From a virus (Duplodnaviria > Caudoviricetes), in the IMG/VR virus record IMGVR_UViG_3300025751_002818, positions 26,576-90,575 of that record: a DNA stretch of 64,000 nt. One strand, given 5' to 3'. The notes beneath the pieces were generated by a model. That model saw only the letters and a list, made by a program, of their open reading frames with translations. It ran no database searches and was not told where the DNA came from. Positions 29,458-39,446 of this stretch are shown piece after piece. Position 1 is the stretch's first letter; every line of letters starts with the position of its first letter. Made by a program: the position numbers and the translations under genes.

Positions 29458-30229
29458 ATATTTTATATCTGCAGGTTGCAGTTTTAGTGATGCACAAAAC
29501 ACACCACATAAACTATGGAATAACTTTGTTGCAGAATATTTAGATTGTGAATTAATATCACTCGGTATTGGCGGCACAGGCAATCAATTCATAGCACATA
29601 GTTTTATGAATACTGTACAACAAAAACTCAATGACGGTGTTGCAGGTGAAGATATATTAGGTATAGTACAATGGAGCATGATACATCGATATGCTTTTAT
29701 TTCTGGTGAAGAACAATTAAGCGATAATCCAAATTTATTTATAGGTGACAGAGTGGTCTATCCTAGAACATTTACAGATTACAATGCAACTGCAAAAGAA
29801 AACAATGGCTGGGTAAGTATAGCACCATGGCAAACTACCCAAGAACCAGCAAGAGAAACACCTGACTTACATCATTTATCAACAGAGTATTACACTAATT
29901 TGCAAAACAGTTATACAGATATATTAAATACAGTATCGTTATACAGTTTACTTAAATATTTTTGTGATAAGAATAATGTAAAAGTAATGTTTACATGGAT
30001 GGACGAGGCCGACAGACAACGAGTTTTAAATCCAACTCATACATGGTTATACGATCATCTTACAACACATATTGAAAACAGTATTGACTTACCAGGTATA
30101 AGGCAACAAGTAATCAAGTATGAAGAAACTAATCCAGATGTGTGGGCAGACTATAGAGGTCACCCAAACGAAATAGGTCATAGAATGTATTTTGAAGAAC
30201 ACATTAAGCCGGAGTTAGTAGATGTCTAA
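29450..30229 (+). CDS. SGNH/GDSL-like hydrolase or acyltransferase
   Basis: Start likely ATG 29450 (GGAG at 29439). AGCSFS (block I), GIGGTGNQFI (block II), DYRGHPNEIGH (block V). Confidence 0.7.
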   Translation: MPKYFISAGCSFSDAQNTPHKLWNNFVAEYLDCELISLGIGGTGNQFIAHSFMNTVQQKLNDGVAGEDILGIVQWSMIHRYAFISGEEQLSDNPNLFIGDRVVYPRTFTDYNATAKENNGWVSIAPWQTTQEPARETPDLHHLSTEYYTNLQNSYTDILNTVSLYSLLKYFCDKNNVKVMFTWMDEADRQRVLNPTHTWLYDHLTTHIENSIDLPGIRQQVIKYEETNPDVWADYRGHPNEIGHRMYFEEHIKPELVDV

Positions 30230-31100
30230 AGGGTATATTGTAATTGCACAAAATTCAGAAGATACAAATTATCTTAGAATGGCTTATGCTCTTGCACTTA
30301 GTTTAAAAATTACACAATCCAAAGTAAGTAATTTAGCAGTATGTGTTGAAGATAAAAGTACAGTACCTGAAAAATACAAAAAAGTATTTGATCAAGTAAT
30401 TGAAATTCCATGGACAGACGATGCAAAAGATTCTGCTTGGAAGATAGATAACAAATGGAAATACTATTATATGACACCGTATGACGAAACAGTCATACTA
30501 GATGCTGACATGATATTTCCATCAGATGTAAGTCATTGGTGGGATTCACTAAAAGAAAAAGATATATGGGCAACTACAAACATCAAAACTTTTAGAGGCG
30601 AACCAGCAGATCCTAGTAATAAATATTACAGAGAATACTTCATAAAAAATAATATGCCAAACATATATACAGCATTCTTTTATTTTAAAAAATCAGAAAC
30701 AGCAAGTGAACTTTTTAAAATGATTGAATTAATTTTTGAAAATTGGCAAAGGTTTTATTTTAAATATATGCCAAACGGCAAGCCAGATAAGTTAAGTGCT
30801 GATGTTGTATATGCTCTTGCAATACAACTATTAGGTCTAGAAAACGAAACAACAGTTGATGATTTAACAGATATGCCCACGTTTACGCATATGAAAAGTT
30901 TTATACAAGATTTGCCAGGCGGCTCATTACTAGATGAACGTTGGACATTAAGTATACCTACTTATTTTAGTAGTGTATCTAACTTTAAAGTAGGGAACTT
31001 TCAACAACATTATCCTTTTCATTATGTAGACAAGGAATGGTTAACAAATAATATTATAGAGACATTAGAAGATGAAATTAGAGGACTTAGAAAAGGCTAG
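30222..31100 (+). CDS. GT-A-fold glycosyltransferase-like protein (paralogue A2)
   Basis: KGYIVIAQNS...YL..AYALA.S, WK..NKWKYY..TPYDETVILDADM (DxD), PN.YTAFFYFKK. Confidence 0.65.
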   Translation: MSKGYIVIAQNSEDTNYLRMAYALALSLKITQSKVSNLAVCVEDKSTVPEKYKKVFDQVIEIPWTDDAKDSAWKIDNKWKYYYMTPYDETVILDADMIFPSDVSHWWDSLKEKDIWATTNIKTFRGEPADPSNKYYREYFIKNNMPNIYTAFFYFKKSETASELFKMIELIFENWQRFYFKYMPNGKPDKLSADVVYALAIQLLGLENETTVDDLTDMPTFTHMKSFIQDLPGGSLLDERWTLSIPTYFSSVSNFKVGNFQQHYPFHYVDKEWLTNNIIETLEDEIRGLRKG

Positions 31101-31689
31101 AAAGGCCCAGCGACAAAGTGACAGACATGTTTACTTTGATGACAAAGGCAACATTGTCTATTATGGCAGGGCAGAGTCTGATGACTATGTAGAATCTAAT
31201 CATGCTGTATTTACATATGAGCAATGTAGCATATTTGAAAACCCAGATAATAATAAAACAATTAATGACTTCTTGGTATTAACAAATCCTAACGAAGAAG
31301 GCGTATTTTCTTTTGTAAATAAAGTAGTTGAACTAGAAAAATTTAAGTCAGCATCTAAGATGTTATCGCAGGTACGACTTTCCAAAAACACAGACTTTGA
31401 TGTAAAAGTTCAAGCAGTAAAAGATACAATAACTGTATCACTAAGCGAAAAACTGCGTTCTAATATTACCAATAGTATTGACATTAATAATTTTTCTTTT
31501 AAAGGCGAACAACGTATGGCTTTGTATATTACCAGTATTAACGATCCGCATTTTCTATATGACAGTATAGAAATACCTTTGTTGGAATTATTTAAAAATG
31601 ATGAACTAGTATTTAAATTGAATAATGATTCGACCAACAAAAGTATCTACACTAGAAAATTATTCGACAAGTATATCAGAGTCGCATAG
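31072..31689 (+). CDS. Hypothetical protein
   Basis: 205-aa ORF overlapping the upstream gene in an operon; no recognised motif. Confidence 0.6.
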   Translation: MKLEDLEKARKAQRQSDRHVYFDDKGNIVYYGRAESDDYVESNHAVFTYEQCSIFENPDNNKTINDFLVLTNPNEEGVFSFVNKVVELEKFKSASKMLSQVRLSKNTDFDVKVQAVKDTITVSLSEKLRSNITNSIDINNFSFKGEQRMALYITSINDPHFLYDSIEIPLLELFKNDELVFKLNNDSTNKSIYTRKLFDKYIRVA

Positions 31690-31707
31690 TACCTATTTAA
31701 AATCATG

Positions 31708-31714
31708 ATAAATA
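31708..31714 (+). promoter_or_regulatory. Late promoter motif ATAAATA
   Basis: In the 49-nt gap before 31739, followed by AGGAC RBS. Confidence 0.5.
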
Positions 31715-31738
31715 TGTGTATATTATTAGGACACACAT

Positions 31739-32701
31739 ATGGCAAAAATAGACGTCACAGAACTAGACATATTTTACATTAGTTATGATGAACCCAACTG
31801 CGAAGAGCATTGGGCAGACTTACTAAACAAAGTGCCGTGGGCAAAACGTGTACACGGAGTCAAAGGCTTTGATGCCGCACATAAGGAATGTGCAAATCAA
31901 TCAGAAACAGATCGTTTTATCACAGTAGATGGTGATAATATTGTTATGGATGAATTCTTTAATCAAGAATTAGAATTCCCAGAAAAAGATCATGACGGTA
32001 ACGATATATCAGAAAGCATATTCAGTTGGAATGCTAAGAACTTATTGAATGGCTTAGTGTATGGCAACGGTGGCCTAAAGTGTTGGCCCAAGGAATATAC
32101 AAAAAGTATTAACACACACGAAGCCGCAACAGACGGTGAAGGTATGGAGTTTTGTTGGAAACTTAACTACATACAAATGAATGATATATTCTCAGAAGTA
32201 CATCAAACTGCTAGTCCATTCCAAGCCTTTAGAGCAGGCTTTAGAGAAGGTGTTAAACTAAGTTTAGACCAAGGTAAACGTGTTGAACCACATAAGTTTC
32301 AAGACGACATATGGTATGGCAACTTTAACAGATTAAATGTTTGGTGTAATGTTGGCACAGACGTTGAGAACGGATGGTGGGCAATATACGGAGCAAGACT
32401 TGGATGTGAAAAAACAGTACTTAGTGATTGGGACACAAATCAAATATCAGACTACGATTGGTTCAAAGGCTTCTTTGAAAAAGAAAAAAGTTATATAGAT
32501 AATGACGAGCATCTAAAACAAAAAACTATTGCCATTGGCAATAGATTAAATGAAGAAGTGCAAGGCATGATGCTGTTCGAACCCAACGATCAAATGAGTA
32601 AATTTTTCAAAGCAACATTTGTAAACCCAAAAAGATGGGGTGCAATGATCACTGAGCGACAAATACAAGACCTATTAGAAAAAGGATTGATAGGTACATG
32701 A
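31739..32701 (+). CDS. GT-A-fold glycosyltransferase-like protein (group B, single domain)
   Basis: DIFYISYDEP, RVHGVKGFDAAHK.CA, FITVDGDN (DxD), YGNGGLKCW, AFRAGFREGVKL; homologous to the C-terminal domain of 40102-43437. Confidence 0.65.
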   Translation: MAKIDVTELDIFYISYDEPNCEEHWADLLNKVPWAKRVHGVKGFDAAHKECANQSETDRFITVDGDNIVMDEFFNQELEFPEKDHDGNDISESIFSWNAKNLLNGLVYGNGGLKCWPKEYTKSINTHEAATDGEGMEFCWKLNYIQMNDIFSEVHQTASPFQAFRAGFREGVKLSLDQGKRVEPHKFQDDIWYGNFNRLNVWCNVGTDVENGWWAIYGARLGCEKTVLSDWDTNQISDYDWFKGFFEKEKSYIDNDEHLKQKTIAIGNRLNEEVQGMMLFEPNDQMSKFFKATFVNPKRWGAMITERQIQDLLEKGLIGT

Positions 32702-33297
32702 GAAAATTAGCATGGGTGTTTGGAAAGTCGTCTGATTTCGCAGGTAATATTATTAATAAACTTAAAGAACAAGATATTAGTACATATGGCTTTGGTAGAG
32801 ATAATGTTGATTATGCAGACTTTGATAAGTTTATAGATGGTAAAGTAGTACCTGATATAATTGTAATAAATGCAAACATAGAAGAACAAATTGCATTAGT
32901 AATAGATAATAAGAATTATAGTAATATAACTTTACAACAAATGTCAAGTATGTTTTTTAATTATACACCCTTGTTTTTATTTTTTACAAAGTTAATAAAA
33001 TGGTTAGAAAATAGCAGTAAAGAAATAACAATTTGTGGTGTAAGCAGTTCAATAACAGCATGGCCACAACAGGATAAACAGTTTGTAATGTATGCAGTAT
33101 TAAGAAGTATGATGCAACAATTAGTATATAGTGCGTCTAGCAACGTGTGTAATGCGTTCTGTGTAAGTCCTAGCGGTATTGATGCCACTAACATTACAGA
33201 CTATGCAAAACGTGTTGTAGAATTAATTACAAATAGAACAGATTTAAAACTAATAGATCTTACAATAGGTAAAGAAGTAGTAAATTTACAAAGATGA
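32698..33297 (+). CDS. Degenerate short-chain dehydrogenase/reductase-like Rossmann protein
   Basis: AWVFGKSSDFAGNI (degenerate TGxxxGIG), IIVINAN, ICGVSSSI, YAVLR at the YxxxK position, FCVSPSGI. Confidence 0.5.
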   Translation: MRKLAWVFGKSSDFAGNIINKLKEQDISTYGFGRDNVDYADFDKFIDGKVVPDIIVINANIEEQIALVIDNKNYSNITLQQMSSMFFNYTPLFLFFTKLIKWLENSSKEITICGVSSSITAWPQQDKQFVMYAVLRSMMQQLVYSASSNVCNAFCVSPSGIDATNITDYAKRVVELITNRTDLKLIDLTIGKEVVNLQR

Positions 33298-34826
33298 GTA
33301 ATTACGATCAAGCCGCAGACAAGGCCAAGGAACAGTTAGACGAAATAAGTCCTACAATGTGTTACGCAAAGTGGACGCAAGTTTCTATGCACCTTACTAA
33401 CGGCATGACACATAGTTGCTATCATCCTCCGACACACAAAATAAATTTAGAAGAACTTGCTGATAATCCTTCTGCACTACATAACACAAAAGAAAAGAAA
33501 GAGCAACGTGCTCAAATGTTAGCAGGTGAACGTCCAGAAGGATGTAGTTACTGTTGGCGTATAGAAGATGTAGACGGTAGAAGTGATAGAGTTTACAGAA
33601 GCGGAGAGTATTGGGCACAAAATGCCAGAGAAGAAATAGCAGAAGCAGGTGCTGACGGAAATATTAATCCCAGATATGTAGAAGTAAACTTTAACCAAGC
33701 ATGTAATTTAAAATGTAGTTACTGCTCTCCTCATTTAAGTAATACATGGGAAAAAGAAATAAAAGAACATGGCCCTTACAAAATTGTAGATGGAGAACAC
33801 AACAACATAGAAAGTTTAGATAGAGGTGGATTGATGCCGCCTAAACTATCACAGGCAGATAATCCATACGTTACTGCATTTTGGAAATGGTGGCCTGAGT
33901 TATATAAAAACTTAGAAGTTTTTCGTATGACAGGGGGCGAGCCGTTAATGGATAGTAATACATTTAAAGTATTAGACTATGTGTATGAAAATCCAAATGC
34001 TTGGCTAGAAATGAGCGTAACATCAAATATGTGTCCACCTAAGCCGGTGTTAATGGATAAGTTTATCGAATCGCTACAGAAATTAGAAGAGATACAAATA
34101 TGGGAGGACCCGGAAAAGTTCAATCCGAACTCAGGGAATAACTGGTATGTAGCACCAGCAACTAAGAACTTCGCAGTATTTGTAAGTGTCGATGGATTTG
34201 GAGAACAAGCAGAATATATGCGTAACGGTATGGATTTTCGCATGTTACAAGATAACGTGCAAAGAATATTAAGCGAAACAGATAATACAACAATAACATT
34301 TATTAACACATTTAATTCACTTAGTATGACAAGTTTAAAAGATTATTTACAATGGATATTAGAACTTAGAGATCAATATGCCAAAGACGTACAGGGCATT
34401 AAGTATATACCTGTACCAGACAATGGTGGACATAAACATTGTGATTATGAAATAAGACCTAAACAAAGAATATGGTTTGATATTCCTTTATTGAGAGCGC
34501 CATTATGGCAATGCATACAAGTAATGCCACAGCATTACGAAGACTATCTAGAAGAATGTATTGCTTTTATGGAGTTAAATCAAGCAGATGAAGTAAATAT
34601 AGACTATAGAGGATTTAAAGATTTTGAAATAGACAAAGTAAGACGTAACTTGGCCTGGATGAAAGAAGGCCGAAAAATGTCACAGCAAGAAATAACAAAA
34701 GCAAGAGCAAACTTTTACAAATTCTTTACACAACATGATACCAGAAGAAACACAGATTTCTTAGAAACATTTCCTGAAATGGAAGACTGGTGGGATATTT
34801 GTAAAGAAGCAGACGCATTGCTATAA
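33294..34826 (+). CDS. N-terminal twitch/SPASM radical SAM protein (paralogue 1)
   Basis: CYAKW...GMTHSCYHPPTH; GERPEGCSYCW..E; FNQACNLKCSYC (CxxxCxxC); MTGGEPLM; VSVDG. Confidence 0.85.
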   Translation: MSNYDQAADKAKEQLDEISPTMCYAKWTQVSMHLTNGMTHSCYHPPTHKINLEELADNPSALHNTKEKKEQRAQMLAGERPEGCSYCWRIEDVDGRSDRVYRSGEYWAQNAREEIAEAGADGNINPRYVEVNFNQACNLKCSYCSPHLSNTWEKEIKEHGPYKIVDGEHNNIESLDRGGLMPPKLSQADNPYVTAFWKWWPELYKNLEVFRMTGGEPLMDSNTFKVLDYVYENPNAWLEMSVTSNMCPPKPVLMDKFIESLQKLEEIQIWEDPEKFNPNSGNNWYVAPATKNFAVFVSVDGFGEQAEYMRNGMDFRMLQDNVQRILSETDNTTITFINTFNSLSMTSLKDYLQWILELRDQYAKDVQGIKYIPVPDNGGHKHCDYEIRPKQRIWFDIPLLRAPLWQCIQVMPQHYEDYLEECIAFMELNQADEVNIDYRGFKDFEIDKVRRNLAWMKEGRKMSQQEITKARANFYKFFTQHDTRRNTDFLETFPEMEDWWDICKEADALL

Positions 34827-34836
34827 AGGAGAAAAG

Positions 34837-36519
34837 ATGAGCAAAGGTAGACAAGGTAATGAATCATTTGATGATTACAGGAAAAGAGTAATTGATCCTA
34901 TATCAGATTCGTTTTGTGGTGCTAAATGGTACAATGCTACCATATGGCTAGGACACGGAGGCACAGCAAGTTGTCACCATCCCCCTGCACATAATATAGA
35001 CAAAGAAGAAATTAAAACTAATCCAAGTGCTATTCACAATACTAGGCACAAGAAGAAAATGCGTCAAATGATGTTAGAAGGCACACGACCTAAGGAATGT
35101 GAATACTGCTGGAAGATTGAGGATATGGAGCATGATGCAGATGGCGGAAGACCTGTCAGTGATCGTACTTTTAAAACACATATTTATAGTGATAAAGAAT
35201 TAGAACGAATTGCTACAATGGACCCTGCAGAAGATGTAAACTTAAAAACTTTAGAAATTGCGTTTGACAGAACATGTCAGTTTGCATGTAGTTATTGTAA
35301 TCCAGCATTTAGTACAACATGGGTAAAAGATATTAGAACAAACGGTGGATACTCAAATATTAGAAGTGATGCTAGAGGTCACTTTATAGATGATGCCCCG
35401 TATGCCGACCCATTTGAGAAAGACGAAGAAAATCCTTATGTAAAAGCATTTTGGGAATGGTGGCCTGAACTAAGTTTAGAATTAGATGAATTAAGAATTA
35501 CAGGCGGCGAACCTACAATGAGTGCAAGTGTTTGGGGCCTATTTGATTGGTTCAAAGAAAATGGTGAAAGCCATCCTAACGCAAAAAACATGCGTTATGC
35601 AATTAACAGTAACTTAGGTGCTAAAGATACACTAATTGCCAAACTTGCAGAAGCAACACAGCATGTTGAACGTTTTCATTTATACACTAGTGGCGAGGCT
35701 TTTGGTGCCCAAGGTGAATACATCAGAGACGGGTTAGACTTTCCGCAGTTTAGTCAAAATTGTGTAAAAATGTTAAGGGAAGGCAAGATCGAAGGCTTCC
35801 ATATGATGATGACTATTAATGCTTTATGCTTAGATAGTATGGTAGAGTTTTTAGATTGGGTCTTAGAACTCAAAAGAGAATTTGGACATAACAAGCCAAG
35901 TTTTAGTGTAAACATATTGCGTTTTCCAAGTTTCCAAAGTGCATTAACACTACCAGATGACCTAAGAACAAAATATCATGATCAGTTATTAGCATGGCAC
36001 AGAAAAGTGCAACAAAAACAAGAACTAGACGGAACTGGCAGAGCATTAGTTCAAGACTGGGAAGCAGATCAACTAAGTAGACTAATAGAATACTTAGACG
36101 TTGTTAAAACACCTCATAGAAATACTGCTGATAGATGGAAGTTAGAACATGACTTTAAAGTTTTTTATGATCAGTATGATGTAAGAAGAGGAAAGGATTT
36201 TAGAAAAACATTTCCTAACTTAGTAGAATGGTATGACAGTTTAGAAGTTAGACCATTAGAGGTTGAGGAAGAAGATATTCAGAAACCCAAAGGCGAACGT
36301 GCAGTAGAAATATATGCTCACAGAGAAGTCGATGAGGACGGTGTAGTACAGGTTATAGATGTACGTGATAGAACTGACAACAGAAAAGATAGACGTAACA
36401 CAGGCGAAAGCCAAGACGACTATGATGATGACAAGTATGCAGACGAACCTGACTTTAAGAAAAAATCAGGTAGTAGCATAGGATGGGATACTGATAGTGA
36501 TGGACTTGGTGGACAATAG
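34837..36519 (+). CDS. N-terminal twitch/SPASM radical SAM protein (paralogue 2) with acidic C-terminal tail
   Basis: CGAKW...GGTASCHHPPAH; G.RPKECEYCW..E; FDRTCQFACSYC; ITGGEPT; AAGGAG RBS. Confidence 0.85.
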   Translation: MSKGRQGNESFDDYRKRVIDPISDSFCGAKWYNATIWLGHGGTASCHHPPAHNIDKEEIKTNPSAIHNTRHKKKMRQMMLEGTRPKECEYCWKIEDMEHDADGGRPVSDRTFKTHIYSDKELERIATMDPAEDVNLKTLEIAFDRTCQFACSYCNPAFSTTWVKDIRTNGGYSNIRSDARGHFIDDAPYADPFEKDEENPYVKAFWEWWPELSLELDELRITGGEPTMSASVWGLFDWFKENGESHPNAKNMRYAINSNLGAKDTLIAKLAEATQHVERFHLYTSGEAFGAQGEYIRDGLDFPQFSQNCVKMLREGKIEGFHMMMTINALCLDSMVEFLDWVLELKREFGHNKPSFSVNILRFPSFQSALTLPDDLRTKYHDQLLAWHRKVQQKQELDGTGRALVQDWEADQLSRLIEYLDVVKTPHRNTADRWKLEHDFKVFYDQYDVRRGKDFRKTFPNLVEWYDSLEVRPLEVEEEDIQKPKGERAVEIYAHREVDEDGVVQVIDVRDRTDNRKDRRNTGESQDDYDDDKYADEPDFKKKSGSSIGWDTDSDGLGGQ

Positions 36520-37162
36520 AACGGTAGATTACCAACTTGAGAAAAAGTCAATAGGTAACGAAGTATTAATAGATGGTAAAATAATACCCAGTGACCTACG
36601 AGAAATTTACCAAGACATTGTTGCTAGACGTTTTGAAATATATCCACATGCAGATACCACTAGCGAATTAGATTACAATTATCCTAGTTTTGACTGGGCG
36701 AGTTATCATGAGTATACTTGTATAGAAGTTTTCCCGCAATTAAAGTTTTTATTTCCATATATTAAGGAATGCTTAGAAATGGTTGGAGACACTGATTACA
36801 ACAAGTATTATTTTAAAAGTTGGATAAATGTTTGGCCTAAAGGTCAACAAATTATTGCACACAGACATTATGGTGTTTGGCATGGTTATTATGTAATTAA
36901 GGATACAGGCACTACTACATATTATCAACCAGATAAAGATATAAACGAAGTAGTAGGCTTAGATAATTTTGATGGGCACTTTACATTTATGCCTGCACAT
37001 TTACTACATTGGGCAACACCAAATCCACAAGATGCTATGCGTATAAGTACAGGATATAATATTAGCACATATGAACAAGTGCTACAAGAGGCAGATGATA
37101 ATGCAAATGAGCGAGGGGATAAAATAAAAAATGTAGTTGTGCCTTTAAAAGATTTATTATGA
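36500..37162 (+). CDS. Putative 2OG-Fe(II)/cupin oxygenase (TIGR02466-like)
   Basis: SWINV...G.....HRH...WHGYYVI...FMPAHLLHW; start uncertain (36497 GTG or 36500 ATG). Confidence 0.65.
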   Translation: MDLVDNRTVDYQLEKKSIGNEVLIDGKIIPSDLREIYQDIVARRFEIYPHADTTSELDYNYPSFDWASYHEYTCIEVFPQLKFLFPYIKECLEMVGDTDYNKYYFKSWINVWPKGQQIIAHRHYGVWHGYYVIKDTGTTTYYQPDKDINEVVGLDNFDGHFTFMPAHLLHWATPNPQDAMRISTGYNISTYEQVLQEADDNANERGDKIKNVVVPLKDLL

Positions 37163-37797
37163 TTGATGTGCCAAACAAAGGAGAAGTATTAGTTAAAGAA
37201 GTTCCGCCTTCTGTTTTACTACAATTATATAAAATATATCACAGCCAAACATTGCCAACTGAATTATATTTTGATGACCAACCAGCGATTGACTTATACA
37301 GTGGTGATGGTCAACTGCAATCCACAGAAGAATATAAACATATTGCAGAGTGGGTAGGAATGAATATAAAAGAATTTAGATTAGAGCGAATGCACCCTAT
37401 AGGAGAAATGACAAATTCTTATTTATGGAACTCTAGAATACCAGATGTAGAGTTTGACGAATCAGAATTAAAGCAAAAGTTGTCTAATGGTTGGCCATCT
37501 TTATTTTGGCATGCTGATACATACCAACCAGAAAATAGAATTAAAATGATTATATACTTAAACAATGTAAATAAAGAAAGCGGTGCAGTTTGTATGGAGG
37601 AAGATCTTACATACATAAATGATGATTCGTATAGCGAACTTAAAAATAAATATAAACATGTAAACCAAATACAAGGAAAATTTTTTAATGGTACAAGTGG
37701 TACTGCTGTAATTTTTAAAGCAAGACAATTACATAGAATAAACTTTCCTATAAACAACCATAGAGATACAATACACATAGGATTTGAATATGAGTAA
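37159..37797 (+). CDS. 2OG-Fe(II) oxygenase, phytanoyl-CoA dioxygenase-like
   Basis: WHAD (HxD), IKMIIYLNNV..ESGA, G..GTAVIF....LHR...P....R. Confidence 0.7.
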   Translation: MIDVPNKGEVLVKEVPPSVLLQLYKIYHSQTLPTELYFDDQPAIDLYSGDGQLQSTEEYKHIAEWVGMNIKEFRLERMHPIGEMTNSYLWNSRIPDVEFDESELKQKLSNGWPSLFWHADTYQPENRIKMIIYLNNVNKESGAVCMEEDLTYINDDSYSELKNKYKHVNQIQGKFFNGTSGTAVIFKARQLHRINFPINNHRDTIHIGFEYE

Positions 37798-39202
37798 AAT
37801 TAAACCCATATGGGAGCATGGTTCAGTAAGTCCAGAATCGCCTAACAAGGTGTTTTGTACTGCTCCGTGGACTCATACATATATTTCGCCGCAAAGCGAA
37901 AGACGTATGTGTTGTGCTAGTAGGGAAGAGCATCAATTCCAAAAGCAATACATTGATGCTAGTAATGACGAAAAGTACGGAGAAGTAAAAGAGTCAGGAA
38001 CTATTGCTGACTACAACCCTGTAAGTTTAAAAGAACATTGGAACTCACCATATATGATGGACATAAGAAAAAAACTTATGGCAGGAGAAAAAATACCACA
38101 ATGTGATGTATGCAACGACAGTTTATTAAGTAACAGCACATATCGTCAATGGTTTACAGGCTTTTTATTCAATGATAAAATAGACCAATGCTTTGAGGAG
38201 ACAGACGAAGATGGAAGAACTACAATGGAACCTATATCTTTTGATTATAGGTATAGTAATTTATGCAATTTTAAATGCCGTATGTGTGGCGAACAACTCA
38301 GTAGCAGTTGGGAGACAGAAAAAAGGAAACACGACCTTTGGACACCTGAGCAACAACCGTTTATGGTTCCTGAGAACAAGAAGATTATCGAGAAGTTTCA
38401 AAAGGAAGTAGTCGAAGAAGAATTTTGGGAATATATTAAATCAGGTACAGTTGAAGAATTATATTGGGTTGGTGGTGAGCCACTGATGTATGACATACAC
38501 TGGAAGTCAATGGATAGACTACAAGCAGATAATAATCTACACAAAGTACATTTAAGATATAACAGTAATCTAAGCAGAGTTAGATATAAAGATTATTACT
38601 TGTACGATTGGTTACCACAAGCAAAAGATTGGACTATGTGTGCAAGTATAGACGGCACTGGACCTATAGGTGAGTTTATTAGGACAGGTCTTAATTGGGA
38701 AGAGTGGGATAGAAACTTTAGAGAAGGTGTTGAACTACCCGGCGGACATGATAAAATGATTATGGACTTAACTATAACTGGTCCAGGTTTATTTGATATT
38801 AAAAACTTTTTAGATTATGCATTAGAACTTGATGTTAAAATAGAAACAAAACGTATGTTTGCCTTTCATGCCGATATAGTATTATCGCCCATGGCATGGC
38901 CTAGACACATACTCGATGAAATAGTAAATGACTTATTAGATTACTGTAGACCAAGAGTAACTGAAAAGCAACAAACACTTATACGCGAACTAGAAGGATT
39001 ACTAGAATCACCTACATTCCAAGAGCAATGGCCTGACACAGCAAACGATCAATTCTTTAATGGTCGTAAATATCAGCAAATTATTCAATCAATAAGAAAA
39101 GATGGTCAAGATGGTCGTTTAACTATAAATGATATTTACAGCCAACATCCTGAATTATGGAGTTGGTGGAATAGGCCGGACCCTAAACACAATCAACGAT
39201 GA
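37790..39202 (+). CDS. N-terminal twitch/SPASM radical SAM protein (paralogue 3)
   Basis: Start likely ATG 37790. CTAPWTH...RMCC; GEKIPQCDVC; SNLCNFKCRMC; GGEPLM; ASIDG. Confidence 0.85.
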   Translation: MSKIKPIWEHGSVSPESPNKVFCTAPWTHTYISPQSERRMCCASREEHQFQKQYIDASNDEKYGEVKESGTIADYNPVSLKEHWNSPYMMDIRKKLMAGEKIPQCDVCNDSLLSNSTYRQWFTGFLFNDKIDQCFEETDEDGRTTMEPISFDYRYSNLCNFKCRMCGEQLSSSWETEKRKHDLWTPEQQPFMVPENKKIIEKFQKEVVEEEFWEYIKSGTVEELYWVGGEPLMYDIHWKSMDRLQADNNLHKVHLRYNSNLSRVRYKDYYLYDWLPQAKDWTMCASIDGTGPIGEFIRTGLNWEEWDRNFREGVELPGGHDKMIMDLTITGPGLFDIKNFLDYALELDVKIETKRMFAFHADIVLSPMAWPRHILDEIVNDLLDYCRPRVTEKQQTLIRELEGLLESPTFQEQWPDTANDQFFNGRKYQQIIQSIRKDGQDGRLTINDIYSQHPELWSWWNRPDPKHNQR

Positions 39203-39382
39203 TTAGTATATGTAAGTAATCCAGTAAATTCCGTAACAAAACAGTATTCCAACAATAACAGGAATCCAATACGCAATATTAATTACAAGATTAAATAATC
39301 CACTAATTAGACCTATAACACCTTGAACACCGCCAAAGTATAAAAATGTGCCTATAAGTAAAAAAATGAAAAATTCAAACAT
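39203..39382 (-). CDS. Small hydrophobic membrane protein, 59 aa (below the ORF-track cutoff)
   Basis: MFEFFIFLLIGTFLYFGGVQGVIGLISGLFNLVINIAYWIPVIVGILFCYGIYWITYIY*; AGGAGA RBS at 39391-39396 and a consensus sigma70 promoter upstream. Confidence 0.75.
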   Translation of the reverse strand: MFEFFIFLLIGTFLYFGGVQGVIGLISGLFNLVINIAYWIPVIVGILFCYGIYWITYIY

Positions 39383-39416
39383 AAATAAAATCTCCTACAA
39401 TTTTTATTACTCTTAT

Positions 39417-39445
39417 ATTATAGTAAATTTTAAGGCGTTTGTCAA
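39417..39445 (-). promoter_or_regulatory. sigma70-consensus (early) promoter
   Basis: TTGACA-17 nt-TATAAT, perfect consensus; tandem CAAATAGGTT (39444-39453, 39455-39464) just upstream. Confidence 0.85.
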
Positions 39446-39446
39446 C

